Shown piece by piece: positions 47,614 through 57,953 of a stretch of 64,000 bases of DNA. Made by a program: the position numbers and the translations under genes. The DNA comes from Verrucomicrobiia bacterium (GTDB lineage Bacteria; Verrucomicrobiota; Verrucomicrobiia; Limisphaerales; UBA1319), in contig OY760937.1 of the NCBI GenBank assembly GCA_963664225.1, positions 5,376,001 to 5,440,000 on the forward strand, written 5' to 3'. The notes below the pieces were generated by a model. The model was not told where the DNA came from. It saw only the letters and a list, made by a program, of their open reading frames with translations, and made no database searches. How positions within the stretch are numbered: position 1 is the first letter of the stretch; each line of letters begins with the position of its first letter.

Positions 47614-50241
47614 CTACACTTTGCGCCGGGCCTGATCCACTTTTTTCTCCAGGATTGCCCGCAAGTTGGGCAGGGCCTTTTGGAGGCGTTGATAAAGGTT
47701 GGCGGCTTCAGTCCACTGATTTTGAGATTCGAGTATGCGGGCGGCCTCGAGTCCGGCGCGTCCGAGCCAGAATGGATCCGGTTTTTCACCGGGACGGAGA
47801 TTGCTTTCGAGCGCGATGTTCAGGTAATGGTCGAGGGCTAGTTTGAGCAGGGGGAGTTGTTCGGGCGGGGCCATGCTTCGGGCCTGGGCTTCGAGAACGC
47901 CTGCAATTCCGCATTCCGCGTCGCTGCGATCCGGCAAAGGGGAGGCTGGGCTGTCCATGACCTTCTGGTAAAATTGGAGGGCGTTTGTGTAACGGGAGGC
48001 GTCCTGGGAGGCGAGTTGAAAATGGCAGTCGGCAATGCGCCCCCAGGCCATGGGAGCCAGTGAGTTGGTTTCAGGTATTCGACTGAAAACGACAATGGCT
48101 TCGCCGAATTTCTTGAGAGAATTGGTGTTTTCAAGGTTCGGCATGGCGATGAAGGTGTCTCCAAGGGCAAAGTAGGTTGAGCATAACAGATTCAGCGACA
48201 GGGCGGGGTCGCTATTGAGGAGGTTGATCAAGGTGACGAAGTAATTGGTGGCGTCGGTGAAACCCTGGCGATTGAAGGCGGAGCGTCCAGCGCAGAGCCG
48301 AGCCCTTAAGGCCAGACCCGAGCCAGCCCAATTGGTGTTTTGGAAGAGTAATTGATAATTTTTTTCGGCGTCTTCGTAATTGCCGTTATTGAAATAATGG
48401 TCGGCAGCGGCGTTTTGGGCCAGGGGGGCCAGTGCGGAGAGCGGATTACGGGAGACGAAATTGGTGTAGAGTTGGAGGGCTTTGGCGTCCTGACCGGCCT
48501 GTTCATAGACCCATGCGCGATCGAATTCCGCTTGGGCACGGGAGGGGTGATTGGTATAGGCGGAGACCCAGGCGTCGAGTCTGGCCTGGGCTTCGGCCCA
48601 GTTGGATTCCTGGGACCATGAGCGGGCAATGGCAAGCTGAGCCTGGGGTATGAGCGGAGAATTGGGCAGGCGCTGGACAAGATCGGAGAGCCGCTTGCGG
48701 GCCTGGGTGGGATTGTTCTGTGAGAGGAGGGCCTGGCCTGCCAGGAGCATGGCGCGATCAAGCAATGCCCCTTGAGGGAAGAGTTCTATCATTTTATCCA
48801 GGGCGGTGGTTGCGGCGGGCAAATCGCCGAGTTCGAGGCTGGCGCGAATGATTTGGTAATGATTGTTCTCAAACCAGTTTTGAGCGAGGCCCGGGTATTG
48901 AGCGGCCTGGTCGGCGGCAAGGCGGTAATTCTCGCGCGCCCCCGCATAATCTTTTAGAGCGAACTGGGTGTCGGCCCATTTGGTGCGGGCCACGAGCTGG
49001 TTGGTGGAAGGAGGAATGCGCTCGGTTGCGATTTTGAAGGCGAGGGCGCTTTCGCCCGGGTTGCCCGCCTCCAAAAGGGACCAGCCCCGATCGAGTTGCG
49101 CGAGGCCGAAGGAGGGGCTTTGGGGCGAATTTTGAACAATATAATCGAATTGGGCCTGGGCGCGTTGCAGTGCATTGGTGATGGGGCCAGGGGCCGGTTT
49201 TTGGGTTGTCCAGGCTTTCAGATAGAGCTCGCCCAGCGCGAGTCGCATCTGGTCCTCTTCGGGATCTTTTGGAAAACGAGCCAGAAAGGTTTCCAAGGTT
49301 CTGGCCGCCAGGTCAAGGTTGCCAGAGGCGAGATAAATTTCTGCGAGTTTATGGAGCACCTGGCGTTTTTGGGGCGCCGGCAGGGATTCGAACTTTTGTT
49401 CGTAAACCCTCACTGCTTCATCCCGCTGTCCAGCGGCGTCCAGAACGCGACCCTGGAGAACGATGGAATCGGCCTGGCTGGCGGGGGAACCGGTGGCAGT
49501 GGCCAGGGCGAGAAGATTCGTCAGGCTGGCGAGCGCTTCCGCAGGCCGGTTGCCATCGAGGCGCGCGCGGACCAGCAAGAATTCGCGCTGCCAGTTGAGT
49601 TGGGGGGGCAGGGGACGATTTTGGAGCAAATTAAGGGTGTCCTCGGCGGATTTGTATTCCTGGCGTGTCAGATAGGCATCGGCCAGAAGGAGATGACCAC
49701 GGAGGATGTATTCGTCGTTGGGCTGGGCCTGAGCGGTTTTTTGAAAGGCGGCTCCGGGTTGGCGCAGCAGTTCGATGGCGTTGGTGGTGTTGCCCAATTT
49801 GAACCAGGCATACGCTTCGCCAAAGCTGGCCTGGGAACGGGAAGGGGAATCGGGGAAGTCCTTGAGTAACTGGGCGTAAGCGGCAGCGGCCGAAGCATTG
49901 TCACCGCGTTGGAGCTGGGCTTCGGCAATCCATAGCCGGAACTTGTCGGCTTGTTTGCCTGCCTGGGCATAACCCGCGTTGAGCAGGCTGATCGCTGCGT
50001 CGTACTGGCTTAGTTTGCATCGGGCCTGGGCCTGCAGGAGGATTACCTCGGGCCATTTTTCCGATTTGGGAAAACGTTTTGACCAGTCGCCAAATTCCTT
50101 TTCGGCGCGGTCAAAGAGGCCATCCTGAAATGCCCGCGCGGCCGCTTTGTAGGCGATGTCTTCCGGGGTGTCCTGTGCCAGACAGGCGAAGGCCATGGTC
50201 AAAATGCAAAGGACCAAGCCGAGGAGACGCGAGGTTTCCAT
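47614..50241 (-). CDS. Large exported TPR-repeat protein
   Basis: Signal peptide from METSRLL; repeated A...Y..LL..FP.S helical TPR units. Confidence 0.8.
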   Translation of the reverse strand: METSRLLGLVLCILTMAFACLAQDTPEDIAYKAAARAFQDGLFDRAEKEFGDWSKRFPKSEKWPEVILLQAQARCKLSQYDAAISLLNAGYAQAGKQADKFRLWIAEAQLQRGDNASAAAAYAQLLKDFPDSPSRSQASFGEAYAWFKLGNTTNAIELLRQPGAAFQKTAQAQPNDEYILRGHLLLADAYLTRQEYKSAEDTLNLLQNRPLPPQLNWQREFLLVRARLDGNRPAEALASLTNLLALATATGSPASQADSIVLQGRVLDAAGQRDEAVRVYEQKFESLPAPQKRQVLHKLAEIYLASGNLDLAARTLETFLARFPKDPEEDQMRLALGELYLKAWTTQKPAPGPITNALQRAQAQFDYIVQNSPQSPSFGLAQLDRGWSLLEAGNPGESALAFKIATERIPPSTNQLVARTKWADTQFALKDYAGARENYRLAADQAAQYPGLAQNWFENNHYQIIRASLELGDLPAATTALDKMIELFPQGALLDRAMLLAGQALLSQNNPTQARKRLSDLVQRLPNSPLIPQAQLAIARSWSQESNWAEAQARLDAWVSAYTNHPSRAQAEFDRAWVYEQAGQDAKALQLYTNFVSRNPLSALAPLAQNAAADHYFNNGNYEDAEKNYQLLFQNTNWAGSGLALRARLCAGRSAFNRQGFTDATNYFVTLINLLNSDPALSLNLLCSTYFALGDTFIAMPNLENTNSLKKFGEAIVVFSRIPETNSLAPMAWGRIADCHFQLASQDASRYTNALQFYQKVMDSPASPLPDRSDAECGIAGVLEAQARSMAPPEQLPLLKLALDHYLNIALESNLRPGEKPDPFWLGRAGLEAARILESQNQWTEAANLYQRLQKALPNLRAILEKKVDQARRKV

Positions 50242-50272
50242 TCGTCCGCGAACGACGGTCTGGTTTGGGAGG

Positions 50273-53203
50273 TTAAGGTTCATTGGGCAACAAAATGCGT
50301 TTTAAGAATCGACCTGTGTGGCTTTCCGGTGTCCTGGCCACGGTTTCCGGAGTGCCCGCCACCAGGATTCGTCCGCCACCGCTGCCGCCTTCGGGACCCA
50401 AATCGATGAGCCAATCGGCGCTCTTGATCACGTCCAGATTATGTTCGATCACCAGTAGAGTATTGCCTGCCGCGCGCAATTTGAAAAGCACTTCCAGCAG
50501 TTTGGCGACGTCGTGGAAATGCAGGCCGGTGGTCGGTTCGTCGAGAATGTAGAGGGTTCGCCCCGTGGATCTGCGGCTGAGTTCGGAGGCCAGTTTGATG
50601 CGTTGGGCTTCGCCACCGCTGAGGGTGGTGGCAGACTGCCCAAGGCCAATGTAACCCAACCCCACTTCGGCCAGGGTCATGCAGATATCGTGAAGTGCCG
50701 GGACGGCGCGGAAAAAATCGACCGCTTCATCCACAGTCAGCGCGAGGACATCGGCGATATTTTTCCCTTTGTAAGAAATTTCGAGCGTCTCGCGGTTGTA
50801 ACGCTGACCGCCGCAGTTTTCGCAGATGACATAGACCGGGGGCAGAAAGTGCATTTCAATTTTGAGCAGGCCATCGCCCTGGCATTTTTCACAACGGCCC
50901 CCTTTGACGTTAAAACTAAACCGGCTTGCCCCGAAACCCCGGATTTTCGCGGAGGGCAATTTTGCGAAGAGGTCGCGAATGTGGTTGAACATTCCCGTGT
51001 AGGTGGCGGGATTGCTGCGCGGGGTGCGGCCGATGGGGGCCTGGTCGATGACGATGACTTTGTCCAGGAGGTCCGCGCCACGGATTTCGCGATGCGCCCC
51101 GGGTTTTTCCTTCGACCCATGCAACAGCCGGAACAAGGCCCGGCGCAGGATGTCATCGACCAGGGTGCTTTTGCCCGAACCGCTGACGCCGGTGACGCAG
51201 GTGAACGCTCCCAGCGGAATCCGCGCATCGATGTTGCGCAGGTTATTCTCGGTTGCGCCCAGGATTTCCAGCCAGCCTCGTTCCGGCATGGGTTTGATTC
51301 GTTTTTTTGGAACGGGGATTGATAGTTCGTTGCGCAAATACCGGGCGGTCAGGGAACGGGGGTTGGCCATGACTTCGGTCAGAGTGCCCGATGCCACGAG
51401 TTCGCCGCCGCGCACACCGGCACCGGGGCCCAGGTCGATGACATAATCGGCGTTGCGAATGGTGTCCTCGTCGTGCTCCACCACCAGGACGGAGTTGCCC
51501 AGGTCGCGCAGGGATTTGAGCACTGCGAGAAGCCGGTCGTTGTCCCGCTGATGCAAACCGATGCTGGGTTCGTCCAGAATATAGAGCACGCCGACAAGGC
51601 CCGCACCGATCTGGGTGGCCAGGCGGATGCGCTGGGCCTCGCCGCCGCTCAAGGTGCCGCTTTCGCGGTTCAAGGTCAGGTAGCCCAAACCGACATTGGT
51701 GAGGAATTTGAGTCTGGAGCGAATTTCCGCAATGATTTCCCCGGCGACTTTTTGCTCGAAATCGGTCAGCTTGAGCCCCCCGAAGAATTGAACGGCCTGC
51801 TCCACAGATAGGGCGCAGGCGTCCATGATGGATAACCCCGGGGCCTTGCGCATCGTGCGGATGTTTTCGGGAATATAATCACCGGCTTCATTGCCGCCGA
51901 GAGTCACGGCGAGCACTTCGGGCTTGAGACGTGTGCCGCCGCAACTGTCGCACGGGGTGGGACTCATGAAATTCTTGAGCCGGTTCCGTGTGAATTCGCT
52001 GTCCGTCTCCTCGTAGAGCCGTTGCAGGTTTGGCAACACGCCTTCGAAAGGCCGGGTGGTTTTACTCATTTTACCCGCCCGCCAGAAATGAAAGTCGATT
52101 TCCGTTTCCCCGGTGCCGTGCATCAGGATTTGTTTGAAATCGGATGGAAGATCCCTGTAAGGGACCTCGAGGCTTTGATTGAAATGCTGGGCGACTCCGC
52201 GCAGGAGGCTTTTGTAATAGACGATCATGCGCTTGCCGCCCCGGCGCCAGGGCAGAATGGCGCCGCCGTCCAGGGATTTGGCGGGGTCGGGCACCACCAT
52301 CGATTCATCGAATACCAGCTTTTGGCCCAGCCCATGACAAACGGAACAGGCGCCGTGGGGTGAATTGAAGGAGAAATGTTTGGGAGTCAGTGGCTCATAA
52401 CTCAGGCCCGTGCCAGGGCTGTAATAGCGGTTGGAGAAGAAATCCTCCGTCCAGGGCGTTTCTGAAGTTGCTCCCGTCGGCTGGCTCAAAACCAGAAGCC
52501 TGCCTTCCCCCCATTTAAGGGCGGTCTCCACCGAATCGCTCAGGCGCACTCGGATTTTATCATCGACGACCAGTCGATCGACAATGGCCTGAATATTGTG
52601 GGTCTGCCTGGGGTCGATCTTGATCCGCAGGTTGGTGCCCAATTCGTGAAAAGCGTCGTCCACGCGAACGCGGACGAAGCCTTCGCGCGCAAGGCGCTCC
52701 AAGACGTCTCGGAATTCGCCTTTTTGGTCGCGAATGACCGGCGCCAGAACCATAACCCTTGTTTTTTGGGGAAGGGTCAGAATTTTATCGACGATTTCGC
52801 TGGTGGACTGGCGGCTGATCGGCAAGCCGGTCACCGGGCAATGGCGGTGACCCACATGGGCATAGAGGAGACGCAGGTAATCGAAAATTTCAGTTGTGGT
52901 GGCAATGATCGAACGGGGATTGGCACCGGCGCTTCGTTGTTCAATGGCGATGGTGGGGGAGAGGCCTTCGATGTAGTCAACATCCGGCTTTTCGAGCTGG
53001 TCCAGGAATTGCCGGGCATAGGCAGAGAGCGATTCGACATACTTGCGCTGGCCCTCTGCGAACAAAGTGTCGAAGGCCAATGAGGACTTGCCCGAACCGC
53101 TCAAGCCCGTGACGACCACCAGCTTATCGCGGGGGATGGTCAGGGTCAGGTTCTTTAGATTGTGCTGACGCGCGCCAACGATCCGAATAAATTCCTTAGC
53201 CAT
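50273..53203 (-). CDS. uvrA: Excinuclease ABC subunit A
   Basis: GARQHNLKN, two Walker A motifs ([18 protein letters not shown]), LSGGEAQRI twice, CxxC fingers. Confidence 0.98.
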   Translation of the reverse strand: MAKEFIRIVGARQHNLKNLTLTIPRDKLVVVTGLSGSGKSSLAFDTLFAEGQRKYVESLSAYARQFLDQLEKPDVDYIEGLSPTIAIEQRSAGANPRSIIATTTEIFDYLRLLYAHVGHRHCPVTGLPISRQSTSEIVDKILTLPQKTRVMVLAPVIRDQKGEFRDVLERLAREGFVRVRVDDAFHELGTNLRIKIDPRQTHNIQAIVDRLVVDDKIRVRLSDSVETALKWGEGRLLVLSQPTGATSETPWTEDFFSNRYYSPGTGLSYEPLTPKHFSFNSPHGACSVCHGLGQKLVFDESMVVPDPAKSLDGGAILPWRRGGKRMIVYYKSLLRGVAQHFNQSLEVPYRDLPSDFKQILMHGTGETEIDFHFWRAGKMSKTTRPFEGVLPNLQRLYEETDSEFTRNRLKNFMSPTPCDSCGGTRLKPEVLAVTLGGNEAGDYIPENIRTMRKAPGLSIMDACALSVEQAVQFFGGLKLTDFEQKVAGEIIAEIRSRLKFLTNVGLGYLTLNRESGTLSGGEAQRIRLATQIGAGLVGVLYILDEPSIGLHQRDNDRLLAVLKSLRDLGNSVLVVEHDEDTIRNADYVIDLGPGAGVRGGELVASGTLTEVMANPRSLTARYLRNELSIPVPKKRIKPMPERGWLEILGATENNLRNIDARIPLGAFTCVTGVSGSGKSTLVDDILRRALFRLLHGSKEKPGAHREIRGADLLDKVIVIDQAPIGRTPRSNPATYTGMFNHIRDLFAKLPSAKIRGFGASRFSFNVKGGRCEKCQGDGLLKIEMHFLPPVYVICENCGGQRYNRETLEISYKGKNIADVLALTVDEAVDFFRAVPALHDICMTLAEVGLGYIGLGQSATTLSGGEAQRIKLASELSRRSTGRTLYILDEPTTGLHFHDVAKLLEVLFKLRAAGNTLLVIEHNLDVIKSADWLIDLGPEGGSGGGRILVAGTPETVARTPESHTGRFLKRILLPNEP

Positions 53204-53371
53204 AGATGCGAATTTTCATTCGCCTTCAAAAGGATGATTGAATCACAAACCGGAGCGGATGCAAAGATTCTTCGCAAACCCGGTTGACGAGCGCCCGCGA
53301 TCCGCATCGGTTTATTTTGACAACCACGGGTTCTTTTGTTTATTATATACCCCGTAAACGAACAACGATTG

Positions 53372-54310
53372 ATGAAAACTATATTGCGCGGTTTCGTCAC
53401 GGCCTTGTCGATGCTGACAATGGGATTTGGATTTAATGCGTTTGCAGTCCAGCGAGGCGCTCAGAATAATGTTTCCGAAGCTGGCAACTATTCCCTGGTG
53501 TATTCGTTGGACATTCCAAACACACCCAACTACGAAAACGGGGTCACTTACGATATCGACAACCGAACCCACCTGCCTGCCTTCAGCCGGATCGCATACT
53601 ATCTGGAATTGCAGGAAGGAACCAACGCACTTAATTTTATCTGGGTCTCGATGGACGCCTTTACGACGAATATTAACAAGATCGGCGTTCCAACGGTCAC
53701 CAGCGGCGCATACTTCCGGCAGTCCGTAGCCAGAATGAATGTTCAGTCGAGTGTCTCCGGGATTGTAAACGGGACCAATCTATCCGGTGGCAACATTGAG
53801 TTTTGGCCTCAAAACTATTCCAGGCCAAATACTGGCAATGTGCCTAATGCCAGTGACGCCGCTTATGACTGGGGCGATAGTCCGTATGCAGGCAATTATG
53901 GTTCCATGCAGGTGCATAATCATGATGCAAAGCAGGTGCTCTTTGCATTCAATCGATGGGGTGGATATGGTGGAATAGCCGATCTGGGGATTGGAAACAG
54001 GGCCGCGTTCGATGTGGACTGGACTTTCGCGACAAACGCCTCCAATTACGTGATCAAATCACTTCAAGTCTATGTGCTTTCCAATGTGAAACCATTTAAA
54101 ATAATCGCACAGGGCTTCCAGCCTGCCGGGAACTTCAGTGTGACTTGCGAGGCGCAATCCGGCACGGCCTATTCACTGTGGCGCAAGCTCGACATTGGGG
54201 TTCCGACATGGACCGAGGTCGCTGCAACAACAGCCTTATCGAATACGGTGACGCTTGTGGATGCTCACGCCACCAATGTTTCAAGCCTTTATCAAGTCAG
54301 AACCCCCTGA
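53372..54310 (+). CDS. Exported protein: one uncharacterised ~200-aa domain plus C-terminal domain
   Basis: Signal peptide; the domain is repeated in the next gene. Confidence 0.75.
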   Translation: MKTILRGFVTALSMLTMGFGFNAFAVQRGAQNNVSEAGNYSLVYSLDIPNTPNYENGVTYDIDNRTHLPAFSRIAYYLELQEGTNALNFIWVSMDAFTTNINKIGVPTVTSGAYFRQSVARMNVQSSVSGIVNGTNLSGGNIEFWPQNYSRPNTGNVPNASDAAYDWGDSPYAGNYGSMQVHNHDAKQVLFAFNRWGGYGGIADLGIGNRAAFDVDWTFATNASNYVIKSLQVYVLSNVKPFKIIAQGFQPAGNFSVTCEAQSGTAYSLWRKLDIGVPTWTEVAATTALSNTVTLVDAHATNVSSLYQVRTP

Positions 54311-54482
54311 TCACAGGCCGACCGACAATAACAACTCTAACACGCCGATTTTCGTTCGGCGTTTTATATTGATCGCAACACCAAAAGAAATGTAACTCCG
54401 TTCGTGAAAGCCCTCTGACTATTCCATTTTCATCTGGTTAAGTAATTGCAGATTGTCTCATTCAAACCGGCGACTCTATTCT

Positions 54483-56318
54483 ATGCGGAAGTTTCTATTT
54501 CTTTTTCCTGTCATTTGTTTAGTGCTGGCTGCACTCCAAGCGGACTTGTCCGCATCAGCCCCCCCGATTCGAATCATGCCCTTGGGCGATTCGATTACTG
54601 AAGGATGGCCAGTGCCCGGCGGTTACAGGGCGCCTCTTTATCGTTTTCTAACCAATGCGGGGTATAATGTCGATTTCGTTGGAACCCTTAAGAATAATAA
54701 TTCATCGGATCTTCCGGATCCCGATCATGAAGGCCACTATGGATGGCGCATGGATATTCTTGATGGAATCATCGATGCCTCCCTGGCGCAGGTGGACGAT
54801 CCGGATGTCATCCTTCTTCTCATTGGCACCAACGATTACTCGCAGAACAGCCAGCTTGCGAACATCGTTCAACGAATGGAAAACCTGGTTGTAAAAATCG
54901 CCACCAACCGTCCTTACGCGAAGATTATCCTCGCCAACCTTCTGGTTCGCGGCGAGCCCTACAACACCAAAATCGAAACCACCTTTAATCCTTATCTTCC
55001 CGCCATCGCACAGCGACAACAAGCCCTGGGCCGCGAAGTCTATTTCGACGACATCAGGAGCGCTGTGCCGCTGGAGGATTTTCCAGATCAGTTGCATCCT
55101 GACGCGACGGGTTATGCCAAAATGGCCACGAACTGGTTTGGCGTCATCACCAATCTCTTCGAACCCGAAGGCAGCAAATCTTTGCCAGGGATTGCCCGCG
55201 TCCTGGGGGCCGGATACGCCAACGTCAAAGTGGTGTTTAGCAAACCCATTGCGGATGAATCGGCAATTCCAGAGCATTTCAGTTTCAGCGGCGGTTTATC
55301 GATTACCCGTGCCGTGCTGGACCCGACCAAGCGGGAGGTCACCCTTACCACATCGCTGCAACAACCATTCACCACTTACTCTGTCACGGTAAATGGCGTC
55401 CACGACCGGACTGCCGCCCAATTGGGAATCATTTCCAACTCCACCGCTTCCTTCATATCTGTTCCTGACCCTGGCGCGAGCAGCAAGGTTGCAGAGGCTT
55501 CCGATTATAAATTGGTTTACTCTTTGGACATTCCGGATATGCCGAATTATGAGCATGGCCTGGTTTATACGCTCGATTACCGCGCCAAGGTTTCCGGATT
55601 CAGCCGCATCGCCTATTATTTGGAACTGCAACCAACCAGCGGACCATTGAACTTCGTTTGGGTGTCGATGGACGCCTTTACGACAAACGTTGACAAGATC
55701 GGCGTGCCGACGGTCGGCAGCGGGGCTTATTTCCGGCAGTCGATCACCAACATGAATGTTCAGTCCAGTGTCACAGGCGTCGTTGGTGGAACAAACCTTT
55801 CCGGCGGCAACATTGAGTTCTGGCCTGACGATTATTCCATGCTCAATTCAGCCAATGTGCCTAATGCCAGTGACGGTCTCGATGACTGGGGTGACAGCCC
55901 GTATCCAGGCAATTACGGCTCAATGCAGGTGCATAACCATGATGCAAAGCAGGTGATCTTCGCTTTCAACGGCTGGGGCGGGTGGGGTGGAGTGGCCGAT
56001 CTTGGCATTGGCAACATGCCGTATGGCGAGCCGGACTGGACCTTCGCCGCAAACGCAACCAATTACGTGATTAAAACCCTCCAGATATTTGTAATGCCCA
56101 TTCCTCACATCACGCGTGGTTACTTTGAAGCGCCTTCCCAATTTTCGCTCAACTGGGACGCGCAACCCGGCGCAAGGTACTCCGTTTTCAAGAATCTGAC
56201 GCTCGATTCATCAAACTGGACCAGGATAGGGGGGCTAACCGCGACCTCAAACGTGGCGGTTTTCATCGATTCGGATGTGACCAATTCAGAGAGTTATTAT
56301 CACATCTCAAGTCCGTAA
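54483..56318 (+). CDS. SGNH/GDSL esterase (CE3-like) plus Ig-like domain, the same uncharacterised domain and a C-terminal domain
   Basis: IMPLGDSIT, DFVG, HEGHYG, IGTND, DQLHPD; VVFSKP...V.LTT Ig-like segment. Confidence 0.85.
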   Translation: MRKFLFLFPVICLVLAALQADLSASAPPIRIMPLGDSITEGWPVPGGYRAPLYRFLTNAGYNVDFVGTLKNNNSSDLPDPDHEGHYGWRMDILDGIIDASLAQVDDPDVILLLIGTNDYSQNSQLANIVQRMENLVVKIATNRPYAKIILANLLVRGEPYNTKIETTFNPYLPAIAQRQQALGREVYFDDIRSAVPLEDFPDQLHPDATGYAKMATNWFGVITNLFEPEGSKSLPGIARVLGAGYANVKVVFSKPIADESAIPEHFSFSGGLSITRAVLDPTKREVTLTTSLQQPFTTYSVTVNGVHDRTAAQLGIISNSTASFISVPDPGASSKVAEASDYKLVYSLDIPDMPNYEHGLVYTLDYRAKVSGFSRIAYYLELQPTSGPLNFVWVSMDAFTTNVDKIGVPTVGSGAYFRQSITNMNVQSSVTGVVGGTNLSGGNIEFWPDDYSMLNSANVPNASDGLDDWGDSPYPGNYGSMQVHNHDAKQVIFAFNGWGGWGGVADLGIGNMPYGEPDWTFAANATNYVIKTLQIFVMPIPHITRGYFEAPSQFSLNWDAQPGARYSVFKNLTLDSSNWTRIGGLTATSNVAVFIDSDVTNSESYYHISSP

Positions 56319-56486
56319 AATCATAACGGCGTCGGGGTATTTTGCAGGTTTCTCCCATGCAGCCTCTGAGCCTTCCCTGATTTTGCTTTTTGCAGACGTT
56401 TGCGTGGTTCAACTGAAGGTAAAGAAAAAGGTCGATCCGGTTGCAGTCAGCCAAATCGACCATGATTTACCGAGAAGCCTGATTTG

Positions 56487-57752
56487 CTATTTGGAGGCAG
56501 AGATGGTGATGGGATCCGAAACGGTTCGTGATCCATAGCGATCGACGGCCACGGCTTTGAGTTCATGGATCCCCTTGGGAATGTGCTTCCAAACAATGGT
56601 GTAGGGGTTTTGTGTGGCCAGGCCCAGGAAACGGCTTCCCGTGTAAAAACCGACGTATCGTATGTCACCGTCCGCATCGCTCGCGTCAGCCTTGATGGTG
56701 ACGGATGACTGCGCCGGGAAATCAGCGCCATTTTTCGGCGAGGTTATGCTGACCTGCGGTGCGAGGTTGGTGACTGAAAACATGGCTATGGCTGTGGAGC
56801 TTGTTCCGGCAACATCGAAAGCACGGGCAACGATCCAATGTTTGCCGGGGGGCACATTGTTCCAGGTGAGGGTAAAAGGACTATTGGTGAAAACACCAAG
56901 ACGGCGTCCATCTCCATGCACTTCGATTCTGGTGATCGCATCATCCGGATCGGATGCGGTTCCTTTGATTTCCACATTCGCCGGGAGCGAAAAGACCGAA
57001 TGATTTACAGGGCTGAGCAAGGTCACCACGGGCGGTTCGTTCGTTACCGTTATTTCGATTGGCGCGGAAAGGGCGGATTTTCCGAAGGAATCCGTGGCTC
57101 GCGCAAAAAGTGTGTGTTTTCCTGCAGGCGCATTGGTCCAGGTGATGGTGAATGGACTGTTTGTGGATTTGCCGATCCAATCGTCGCCAGCATAAAAGCT
57201 CACCTTCTGCACTGTGTCATCGGCATCCGATGTCCCGGCGATGAGCTGGATATTGGCTGGCATGGTGAACATCGCCCCGTTGGTGGGACTGGTCAGTGAG
57301 ACGGTTGGCGGCAGGTCATTGAAGATGTCGTCCACGAGTGTCACTTTAGCGGTTTTATGAGTGGCCAACGTGTATAAAGCATTGGTCTTCAATGTTAATA
57401 TCACTGTTTTGTTACCCCGCTTTTTCAGATCAACCAGAGGCTGAATGACAACATCCGACGCAAGAAAACCATCTGGGATCGTGACTGAATCCGTGATCTT
57501 CACATAGTCGCCGCCGTTCGAGGCGGATCCACTTATGTCGTAGCTGACCACAAGGTCGCCGTTGGTGGCACTGGCACGGATTATGGTAAAGGCGGCCGAG
57601 CTGGACCCCACCAGCGCGATGGGATCAGTAGCGCGGATTTCCAGTCCGGGGCCGCTGGTTGAAACAGGAAAATCGGCAAAGAGGGCTTGTGCATTGAGAA
57701 AGACCGAAGCCAGCATCAAACTGACCTTGATATTAAAGTGCTTAATGTGCAT
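56487..57752 (-). CDS. Exported Calx-beta plus three bacterial Ig-like repeat protein
   Basis: FTIIR....L.V.Y..SGSA.NG.DY (Calx-beta); three P.V.L.SP.NG..F..P...ASD.D....V.FY...P(F/Y)T..W...P.G.H...A.A.D units. Confidence 0.8.
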   Translation of the reverse strand: MHIKHFNIKVSLMLASVFLNAQALFADFPVSTSGPGLEIRATDPIALVGSSSAAFTIIRASATNGDLVVSYDISGSASNGGDYVKITDSVTIPDGFLASDVVIQPLVDLKKRGNKTVILTLKTNALYTLATHKTAKVTLVDDIFNDLPPTVSLTSPTNGAMFTMPANIQLIAGTSDADDTVQKVSFYAGDDWIGKSTNSPFTITWTNAPAGKHTLFARATDSFGKSALSAPIEITVTNEPPVVTLLSPVNHSVFSLPANVEIKGTASDPDDAITRIEVHGDGRRLGVFTNSPFTLTWNNVPPGKHWIVARAFDVAGTSSTAIAMFSVTNLAPQVSITSPKNGADFPAQSSVTIKADASDADGDIRYVGFYTGSRFLGLATQNPYTIVWKHIPKGIHELKAVAVDRYGSRTVSDPITISASK

Positions 57753-57953
57753 AGCGTTATAAGATTAAATATTTCGTTCCTTAAATTGTAAAAACTGTCG
57801 GTTCTTCACGCAGTTGCTAATGGTAAGCATAAGCTCCAACCGGGATTCTGCAAATGTGCGGCATTCGCATTGGGGATGGCAGAACTGTGGTTGGCTGTCA
57901 AAATCAGCCCGCGAAGGTCATTTCGCCGGTTGTTTCCCGTACGGGAGGGGATT

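Noticed and set aside
52333..52350. CSVCH in UvrA as a heme-binding motif
   Set aside because: UvrA is cytoplasmic and this is one of its zinc-finger CxxC pairs.
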